Below are positions 30,178 through 38,243 of a DNA stretch of 38,243 nt, one piece after another. The DNA comes from Craspedostauros australis (lineage: Eukaryota): NCBI GenBank assembly GCA_030167865.1, contig JALAGF010005116.1:1-38243 (forward strand), read 5' to 3'. The notes under the pieces are model-generated. The model had not been told where the DNA came from. It searched no databases and saw only the letters and a program-made list of their open reading frames with translations. Position numbers and translations under genes: made by a program. The number at the start of each line of letters is the position of its first letter. Positions within the stretch are counted from its first letter, which is position 1.

Positions 30178-31962
30178 GTGATGTCAGATCCTTGGATCAC
30201 GAAATGCACGGACGTGCCGCAGTACGATGCGCTTGCGTCTGCGGCCAACGAGTTCCGACGCTATGACAAGCTGCATCTGCGGAACCTGTGCAACGATTCG
30301 TCGCGCTGCGCTGGACTGACGGCCGTTCAGATGTGCAACAGCGGCGGCGGCGTCTTTCGCAAGATCATCCTCGATTACTCGAGGCAGCAGGTCACGGGGG
30401 AAACGATGGAGATGCTGTTCGATCTGGCGGATGCGGTGGGTCTCAATCCACGGCGCGAGGCGTTCCGCAGTGGCGAGCGCATCAACGTCACGGAGGACAA
30501 GCCAGTGCTGCACCACGTGCTCCGCATGCCGGAGTCCTACGATCTGTCGGCCACCGCGCATTCTCTGTCTGACACAGTGCTGGAGGGCGTTCTGCGGGTG
30601 CGCCAGTCCATCCACGACTTCACGGAAGATGTGAGGCAGGGCAAGGTCGTTGGCATCACTGGGAAGGAGTTGAAGCACACGCTGGTGCTGGCGTTGGAGG
30701 GCACCGATTCGGGGATCGAGTTCATCAATGGCGTGCTATCGGCCGACTCGGAAGCAGCGGCGCAATCCGAGGGGCGGACTCTCCATCTGCTCTCCAATGC
30801 GGACCCGGTGGACGTCTACCTCAACACGCGAAGCATCGACCCTGAGGAGACCTTGCTGGTGATCATATCCAAGACCTTCGTCGGCAGCGAGAGCATGACG
30901 ACCATCCGCTCCGTGGTTCGGTGGTTGCACAGCGCGCTGATTCCTGAAGATGCAGCGCAGGAAGCCGATGGCATGACGGAGAATGATGTTCTCAGCAAGC
31001 ACGCTGTCGCCGTGAGTTGCAACGCGACGCAGTGCCAGACATTTGGAATACCGAAGCATCGCATATTCCCCATTTGGGAGTGGGTGGTGGGACGGTACTC
31101 GGTCTGCTCAGCCGTTGGCCTCATCCCGCTGTCGTTGCAGTACTCCTTTCCGATCATGGACGACGTCCTGAGGGGAGCGCACGATATCGATGAGCATTTC
31201 TTCAACGCGCCATTGCGCGACAACATCCCCGTGCTGCTCGGCCTGCTCGGCGTTTGGAATTCCACCTTCATGGGGTACAGCAACAGGGTCATCCTGCCCT
31301 ACGCCAAGTCGATGAGCCGATTCCCCGCGCACATCCAGCAGGTGGATATGGAGTCCAACGGCAAGCGGGTGGCGCTGGACGGAACCCCGTTGCTGCATCC
31401 ATCCGGCGAGGTCAACTTCGGAGAACCCGGCACCAACAGCCACCATGCCTTCTTCCAGCTGATGCATCAGGGACAGGCCATACCCGCCGAATTCATCGGC
31501 TTCATGGAGTCGCAGCAGCCGAGGACCATGGCACCGGAGGAGACGGTGTCGAGCCACGACGAATTCATGTCCAACTTCTTCGCCCAGCCCGATGCCCTGG
31601 CGTACGGCAAGACGCTCATCGATCTCACGCACGAGGGCGTGCCGGATGGGCTACGCGAGCACATGGTGTTCGAAGGCAACCGCCCCTCGTCTTCGATACT
31701 GCTGACGAGGCTGGATGCGTTCGCTGCCGGGCAGCTGCTGGCGCTGTACGAGCACAGGACGGCCGTCCAAGGCTTTCTGTGGGGCATCAACAGCTTCGAC
31801 CAGTACGGGATCGAGCTGGGGAAGCTGCTGGCCAAGCACGTGCGGGCGCAGCTCAGCTCGTCGCGCAGGACGGGCGCATCCGTGCAGGGATTCAACTTGT
31901 CCACCAGCTCGCTGCTGGATGCCTACTTGGCGCATGGCAAGATGAAGAAGAATTCCAAATAG
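30178..31962 (+). CDS. Second, divergent glucose-6-phosphate isomerase-like protein (plant-cytosolic-type), probably starting at ATG 30181
   Basis: Full-length PGI fold motifs: LDYSRQ, INVTEDKPVLH, GRYSVCSAVG, QQVDMESNGK, FGEPGTN, NFFAQPDALAYGK, GNRPS and FDQYGIELGK. Several substrate-binding motifs are altered. Confidence 0.93.
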   Translation: MMSDPWITKCTDVPQYDALASAANEFRRYDKLHLRNLCNDSSRCAGLTAVQMCNSGGGVFRKIILDYSRQQVTGETMEMLFDLADAVGLNPRREAFRSGERINVTEDKPVLHHVLRMPESYDLSATAHSLSDTVLEGVLRVRQSIHDFTEDVRQGKVVGITGKELKHTLVLALEGTDSGIEFINGVLSADSEAAAQSEGRTLHLLSNADPVDVYLNTRSIDPEETLLVIISKTFVGSESMTTIRSVVRWLHSALIPEDAAQEADGMTENDVLSKHAVAVSCNATQCQTFGIPKHRIFPIWEWVVGRYSVCSAVGLIPLSLQYSFPIMDDVLRGAHDIDEHFFNAPLRDNIPVLLGLLGVWNSTFMGYSNRVILPYAKSMSRFPAHIQQVDMESNGKRVALDGTPLLHPSGEVNFGEPGTNSHHAFFQLMHQGQAIPAEFIGFMESQQPRTMAPEETVSSHDEFMSNFFAQPDALAYGKTLIDLTHEGVPDGLREHMVFEGNRPSSSILLTRLDAFAAGQLLALYEHRTAVQGFLWGINSFDQYGIELGKLLAKHVRAQLSSSRRTGASVQGFNLSTSSLLDAYLAHGKMKKNSK

Positions 31963-32429
31963 CAGCGAACATGACCCAAGCCGAGCATCCATCCTTGTTT
32001 CCCTTGTTCCTTCATCGTGACTGCGTCTGTATGTATGTGTGCCTGTGTGTCTTTATGCATACTGCATGCTCCGGCGCTGCCAAATACAAAGACAGAGACA
32101 GAGATAGCACTACTCTTTACAGAGCAACTGTAGACTATTGATCAAGTACGATTTACGGTTGGACTGGTCGTACGGGTGCTCTATGCATGTTGATGATGAT
32201 GTATGGTACTGTACTATATGTAGTTGAGTCCAGCGTACGTGTGAATCGAACCGAATTGGAACGGGAGAGAGGGCATACGAGCAGAGCAGAATCCAGATTG
32301 CGCGGTGCAAATCGTATCACATGACACAGGATTACATCAAGAAGGTCGTGTGTATTCGATTATACGAGAGTACTCGTAGCCACCAGTCTCAGAAAACCAA
32401 CCAACCAATCCAATCCAGGGGGCCGATCA

Positions 32430-33287
32430 TCACTTTTCCTGAGATGGTGCGGAAGAAGATGCGACCTCCAGCGACTTCAAGTGATCCCACAACTTGGGAT
32501 CCTCGTAATCCCGAATCGTCATGGCGCATCCCGCCTCCATGAGGGTCGATTCTTCCTGACCCGACAGCACCCCGATCACGTACGCGCCAGCAGCAACTCC
32601 GGCCCTCGCGCCCGACGGCGAATCCTCAAAGACGATGCATCGTTGCGCCGCAACCTTGATGCGGTCGCTTCCCGTGAGGTAGGGACAGGGATGCGGCTTG
32701 GCATGTTCGCATTCGTCGCCGATGATCAAGGTTGGGAAGAAGGCGGTGCAGCCGATCCCCTCGAGCATGGCAACGGCATTCAATCGCGGTGCGTTGGTGA
32801 CCGCCGCGTGAGGGAGGTTGCGTTCCTCGATCCAGGCCTTGATCTTGTCCAGACCTTTCATGGCGTTGTCCTTGAGGAAGGTGGACGCCGTCGCGATCTC
32901 CCGGAATCGTTGCTCCTTGTGGTCGGACCATGCGACGCGCTGCTCCACCGTCCACTCCGGAAAAAGGTCCTTCATGATGAGCTGATTTTGCCGTCCCGCG
33001 ATGTTCTTGCGAAAGTAGGCCTCGTCGATGGGTTGGTTGTTGTGAAATCCATCCTGCTTCAGCAGGAGCTCCTGGAAGACGCGGAAGTGCAGCGGGTCGG
33101 AATTGACCAACGTGCCATCAATGTCGAAGAGAATTCCATCGAATCCCTCCGTCACAGTGGGGTGGTCGCTGGTGCCACCGCAGGCTTTTGTTCCGGCTGT
33201 CATCTCTTCTTGTTGCTGTCGTTGTAGCTGTGATTGTAGCTGCTGTTGTATTGACGGGTTCTCACGAGCTGTTGCAGAATGTAGGAG

Positions 33288-33324
<37 letters not shown>

Positions 33325-33452
33325 ATTGTTGTTGCTGACGATGCTGATGTCTTTGACGGCCTTGTCGAGAAGATTCGATGGACTTGGAAAGAGTCGCAGC
33401 CGAGAATAGCAATGACGGATACGGATGGAGCGAGCAAGCTCACGATGCGCAT
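32430..33452 (-). CDS. HAD-superfamily IA phosphatase (Sgpp/CbbY-like), putative plastid-targeted
   Basis: Motif I FDIDGTL, II VTNAPR, III KPHP and IV VFEDSPSG. Leader MRIVSLLAPSVSVIAILGCDS-FQV followed by an S/T-rich stretch. Confidence 0.93.
33290..33323. repeat. (GCT)11 coding repeat giving poly-Ala in the HAD presequence
   Basis: tgctgctgct... encodes a run of Ala on the minus strand. Confidence 0.9.
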
Positions 33453-33854
33453 GAGCGAGCTTGTTATTATAGTTGTCGAGCTGAAGCTGGGGTTGGAGCC
33501 GAGTGTGAGTGTGAGTATGAGTGGAGTAGAGTATGGGTTATCCTATTGCTTGGGTACCCTTGTGTATTGCTACCCATCCGTTCATTTGTTCTGTCCCAAT
33601 GGACCAACAACGAATCCACCAACAAGAACGTGATGGCAAAGGCGCGCTCATACGTACGCGTACACATCACGAATGGCATCGCTGGCATTGCGGGTCTGAA
33701 AGTCTACGGGCGCGAATTCAGTTGGCACACGTTTGATCTGAAAAATAGGCCAGAGGATGCTTGAGACAGCATTGATACTCGTAGATATGGTACTCATGCT
33801 ATAGTAGTGGCACGCCCTACTTATATGCTACGCGTAAAGGGTACTCTATCAACC

Positions 33855-34946
33855 TTAATTTATGCGCTGGCGCTTGGAATCGGCGGATGGACCACCCGGT
33901 GGCGGTGGTCCCGGCGGCGGAGGCGATCGTTTCGGTGACGGGTTGCCCGATCTGCTGCTACCGCCACCACTACCGCTGCCACTGCCGACCGTCTTCTTGA
34001 GCAGCTCGAGCTGCGCCCGGATCCTGGCGAAGGCGTCCTTGTCGGCGGTCTTGCGTTCCGATATCAAGTCCATGATCTGATAGCATATGCTCCCCATGAC
34101 TTCGACGTCAGGATTGGCCAGGATCGTGATCCATGCCTCCGAAGCTGTCGCTCCTGGGGCCGCGGCTGTCGCCGTCGGAACCACCTTGGCGAACTGGGCC
34201 GCGAGGTACGTGCAGGCTGTGGCAATGTCGCTGGGTCCGAACTGCAGGCAGAGGGATGTGTGCATGGAGTCGTTGGCGAAGCTCATGCCGCACTGCACCA
34301 TGTGATTCGTGAGCTTTGAGGTCGCCTGCGATGCGCTGCTGCTGTCTTTGCTTGGCGGTGGCGTTTTGTACTGGATCTGGCGTTTCTGAGTCATCCTGCG
34401 GATCTGGTCCACGAGGAACTTGTAGGGGTGCTGGATGGAGAGCTCGAAGCCGATGGTGTGCAAGATGACGCGCTCCAGCAGCAGGATGCGTTCCTTGAGC
34501 TTCGCGAATTCCTCGCCGTCGGTCTCCAGAATGCCGGACGACGAAGAACCGGAAGTGTTGGTGGGCGTGAGACCAGGACTGGCGCCCCTGGAGGCCTGCA
34601 TGGCGCGGGTCTTGAGCTTGTGGCACTCCAGGATGACCGTGTTGAGCTTCTTGGGGGATTCCTCCGTCTTGGCGGCAAGCACGAGGCAGGCAACAGCGAC
34701 CTCGAATCGATCGTGCTCGTTGAAGGAGTGCTTGGCGTAGAAGCGGTGGAAGAAGACCATGGCCGTGGAAACAGCCATGCGAGGCAGGCTCATCAGACGA
34801 CCGGCCTCCTCCATGAAGCGGCATGTCTTGCGGCGCTTCATCGCCTCCTCCTCCGCGGACATGCCGTCCTTCACCAGCGACGGCAGCTGCGAGATGTCGA
34901 AATGTGTGCTCGAGGCGGATGAGGCTGCGACGGCAGAGGATGCCAT
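33855..34946 (-). CDS. Transcriptional cyclin (cyclin T/K family)
   Basis: STAMVFFHRFY, ACLVLAAKTEESPKKL, ERVILHTIGFELSIQHPYKFL and NDSMHTSLCLQF..IATAC.YLA. Pro-rich tail and KRQR NLS. First ATG at 34946. Confidence 0.92.
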   Translation of the reverse strand: MASSAVAASSASSTHFDISQLPSLVKDGMSAEEEAMKRRKTCRFMEEAGRLMSLPRMAVSTAMVFFHRFYAKHSFNEHDRFEVAVACLVLAAKTEESPKKLNTVILECHKLKTRAMQASRGASPGLTPTNTSGSSSSGILETDGEEFAKLKERILLLERVILHTIGFELSIQHPYKFLVDQIRRMTQKRQIQYKTPPPSKDSSSASQATSKLTNHMVQCGMSFANDSMHTSLCLQFGPSDIATACTYLAAQFAKVVPTATAAAPGATASEAWITILANPDVEVMGSICYQIMDLISERKTADKDAFARIRAQLELLKKTVGSGSGSGGGSSRSGNPSPKRSPPPPGPPPPGGPSADSKRQRIN

Positions 34947-35616
34947 GGTGTCTGTCTGTGTCTGTCTGTGTCTATTGTTGTTGTTGTTGCTGCTACTGTT
35001 GTTGTTGCTGTTGGTCTTTGGTCTTTGCTTCGGTGACGCTTGTGATTGGATCTTCACGGTGCCTTTGTTGGACGCAGACTATTGGTATTGCTGTTGCTAT
35101 GGCTATTGGTATGAGTGATGAAGAAGGATGGCGACTCTTCTGTTGTTCTTCCCACCGACGCTGCGTCTCCGTTCGGTTGACACACGATGTTGGCCATGGT
35201 CAAGCAATTCTTGGCGACGGTTTCGTGTTGCTGTTGTCGTCGTTGGTGTTGGTGTTTGGAAAGGTTTATTCGAAGGAGTCAATCGTCGCGCTTCTTCGCC
35301 CACACTGACGACGAACAGACAGGATGACAAAGGAAACGATTCTGTTTGAGTTTGCGCGCAAAAAACATGTCACGAACAAGAAACGTGTGGAAAACCTGCC
35401 ACAAAATGCAACACAGAGCGGAGCACCGCAGCATTCCTCTCCTTGCACTCTGCGGGCATCGATACGATACGAGCCACAGGTCTCCCATCGTTCGCAGCCA
35501 CCCCGGTCAAGGACAAGCCATCTCTCGATTGGTATTGGGACCAGGAGACTGCGCCGTGCGAGTCGAAAGGGAAGGAAAAGCCCTTGAGTGTGGAAGGCAT
35601 CAAGAAGGGAAAGAAC

Positions 35617-37227
35617 ATGAATATGAATATGAAATCCACGCCGAAATCCACACCGACTTCAATGACGACGATGATGACGACGATACGGTTGACGATCTTC
35701 GTTCCATCTCACACCTCTGCGTTGAGCAGCTTGGGTATGAGCATGCTGCGCGAGGAAGGAGGAAGACCCGCCGACGGAGAAGCACACGCGGGAGCAGATC
35801 AGGAAGGTGGCGCTGGTGCCGCAACGCGGAGCAGCAATGATGATGGCATCGACGAATGGTATCACCTTGTTTGCTTTCGTTCAGGTGCACTGTGGAGGGT
35901 CTTGGTCCCGATCCTGCTCCAGCACGATGACATCCATCAACGGAAACCCACCAATGTGGAATCATCATCGCACCCATCGTCGTCAGCAACGTCGACAAGG
36001 AGGCTGGCGAACCGATTGCTGCAGCAGATGTGGATGGAGCGCGAAGGCAAGCAACAAAGCAGAGTACACCAGCATCGGACGGAGGATGATCCCAACAAAG
36101 ATGCCTGCATAAATATACCTGCACTGGACAACCTGTGGAAGCAACGCAGGTATCATTTCACGCTGAATGCAAGCCATCGTGCGAGAACGAGGCATTCACA
36201 AACTTGGAGCGACCCAAACACGCGCAATGCGACAATGGTGGTTTCGGATCAGTTGGAAATGACTATCCAGCGAGCTGACACGCATGGCGAAGACAGATCG
36301 GTAGGGATCATTCTGTATCCATCCCACATCCCGACGCTTGACACCACCTTCATTTCGGCGCTGATCCGCATGGAACACATGCTGCTCAAGTTGAAGACCT
36401 TGTCCGCCTGGACGGCGACCCTTGGCGGGGGTTACTTCTTCTGCCGCCGTTTGACCGTGAGTCTCCGCCTTGCACGGTATCAGCGGTGGCTTGCACAGCT
36501 GCTGGGGCAGACCGAGATGGCACGCGCATGCACCATCAACGAGGCTCACAATCTCATCTTCCTCGGCCGCTTCAAGGCTGCGCGCAGAGTGCTCAAGTCG
36601 CTTTATCATGAGACGAAAGATGGCGTGGATACGCTCGTCGAGAATCAGTGCCGTGCTGCGTGGTTGCTTTCCCGACAGCTGCAGCATGTCTCCAAAGATC
36701 TGGAGGAGTACCAACGCTATCACGTAGGTCATCCGTTGTACCAGCCCACCTCGCTGGCGAAAGTGCAGATGGGTGGCGTGAGCAATCGCACCTGTGACAA
36801 CAACAAGGATGGAGGGTCAATGGATCAAGATGTTGTTCTTGGCACAGATGATGAGATGGATGTTTCCACATGTGTCCGGCACCCGCGAACAATCGGAGAG
36901 AAACAAATGGACCAGCAAAGCGAGATGGTGTCGGAAGCTGCGTTTCCACCAAGCAACGGACATCACAGCGATGGCAATGCCGATGACGACGGCGATGCGA
37001 CTGTGTGGCGGAAAACGGTCTTGACAAGCAAGGATCAACAGTTCACTGAGACCGTCGACGACTTTCAGCGCATCCGCATTGTCCGGGAGTATGATCGCTT
37101 GGCATCTGCTTTTGCTCTTGCTGCTTCTGATCTCACGCCATCGACAGAAAACAGCAAGAACAGCAACAGAAGCTGCCGCCTTGGATCTGCAGCCAGTACC
37201 GATGCGAATCCCGCTTTTTCGTGTTGA
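35617..37227 (+). CDS. Uncharacterised protein with a DUF4807-like helical segment
   Basis: Long ORF with first ATG at 35617. LSAWTATLGGGYF...LA..Q..LA..LG.....C.IN....LI..GRFKAARRVL resembles the DUF4807 signature as recalled from memory; not verified. Confidence 0.7.
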   Translation: MNMNMKSTPKSTPTSMTTMMTTIRLTIFVPSHTSALSSLGMSMLREEGGRPADGEAHAGADQEGGAGAATRSSNDDGIDEWYHLVCFRSGALWRVLVPILLQHDDIHQRKPTNVESSSHPSSSATSTRRLANRLLQQMWMEREGKQQSRVHQHRTEDDPNKDACINIPALDNLWKQRRYHFTLNASHRARTRHSQTWSDPNTRNATMVVSDQLEMTIQRADTHGEDRSVGIILYPSHIPTLDTTFISALIRMEHMLLKLKTLSAWTATLGGGYFFCRRLTVSLRLARYQRWLAQLLGQTEMARACTINEAHNLIFLGRFKAARRVLKSLYHETKDGVDTLVENQCRAAWLLSRQLQHVSKDLEEYQRYHVGHPLYQPTSLAKVQMGGVSNRTCDNNKDGGSMDQDVVLGTDDEMDVSTCVRHPRTIGEKQMDQQSEMVSEAAFPPSNGHHSDGNADDDGDATVWRKTVLTSKDQQFTETVDDFQRIRIVREYDRLASAFALAASDLTPSTENSKNSNRSCRLGSAASTDANPAFSC

Positions 37228-37642
37228 CTAGACACGAATACAAGGAATGACGTACACGTGCGTGCCAATCGGAGAGGCGACGATGATTTGGTTGAGCGGA
37301 GGGATGGATGGATGGGAGAGCCGTTGGACCAGTGTGCCAGCCGTGCGAATGAGGGACTCTCGGTGTCGAGTGTGCCGTTTTGATCCCTCGCTGTGCACAA
37401 CTTCAGGCACTCTCCGGATACATTTCACCACGCTCCACCAAAAGTATTTTAGAGCGCGAGCGAAGCGTCGTAGATACATGCAAGGGACGCTTCTGTTGTT
37501 GCGCAATCCAGAACCCTCGCTGTGGAAGCCAAGGGCGACAAAGGCATGATCCGACATGGATGAATCGATCGGTCAGCCTATCCACCATGGGATCCTTGGA
37601 TCCGACACAATGTCCGGACTTGCTCAGGCGCGTGCTTCCCTT

Positions 37643-37659
37643 TCTCTCTCTCTCTCTCT
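37643..37659. repeat. (TC)n microsatellite
   Basis: tctctctctctctctct. Confidence 0.85.
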
Positions 37660-38243
37660 GCCATAGAGGACTTGTGAAGAGTCAAGCACGGCGCTCTCGC
37701 CGCATCTCTCCCGCCAAACCACGCAGCCAGGGATGGAAAAAGCCGGGGGAGGTCGGGCATCAATTCTCCTCCCGTGTTTGTGAAGCCACAGAGAAGGAGT
37801 TCCGAGGGGTGGTCGCGTGCACATGTATGGCCCCATTCAGGGTACGATCGTACGATCCTGCCGATTTTTTATCGGACAACATTACTTTATTAGCAAACGG
37901 TGTAGCGTCTTGTCGCATAGGCTTAGATATATTTAGCTAGCTTCTACGACACAAATACCTGGCTGACTTGTCCTCGTCGTGGACGAAAATGATGACGTCA
38001 TTGACGGTCGATGTCAGACTGCAATGGTATCGAACGGTGTGGATGGCGATGTTTTAGCAGATTCGGCGCCGCGTTGATTCCTCGCGTCGTTTTGGATTTG
38101 GCTTGGTGAGGGGTTGCCTCCTTTGTTCGTGTTGTGTCATGGAGCACGGCAATGGTGGCGGCGTCCCTACATGTCCACTTCCACGTCCACGACAATAGCA
38201 ACACTTGCGAATACTACACAACATGATATTATATATTAAAATA

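Noticed and set aside
37228-38243. Short ORFs at the right end
   Set aside because: No recognisable product; may be UTR or the tail of a gene outside the window.

Overview
Gene-dense eukaryotic nuclear DNA, most likely from a diatom. This is inferred from bipartite plastid-targeting leaders with ASAF-like cleavage sites, a DUF6824 protein, diatom-type low-complexity proteins and microsatellite-rich intergenic DNA. Thirteen genes each read as one uninterrupted ORF: a Ser/Arg-rich protein with an RVxF-like C-terminal module, an MBD-like/Tudor-like chromatin protein, a canonical glucose-6-phosphate isomerase, an organellar HisRS, a CRAL-TRIO-like+DUF6824 protein, a RibD_C/Rib7-type reductase, DNMT2, an AlkB dioxygenase, a repeat-containing RING protein, a second divergent GPI, a HAD phosphatase, a T/K-type cyclin and a DUF4807-like protein. 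The left edge, around an assembly gap, looks like the 5' end of a Ty1/copia element with a duplicated half-tRNA-Lys(CUU) primer-binding site. Best candidates for novelty: (1) a head-to-head DNMT2/AlkB pair, both with apparent plastid-targeting leaders; (2) a GPI paralogue with remodelled phosphate-binding loops; (3) the tRNA-Lys half-molecule PBS; (4) a ~57-aa LTYP-W/GDRSH repeat fused to a RING finger. All calls rest on motif recognition by eye; no searches were run.
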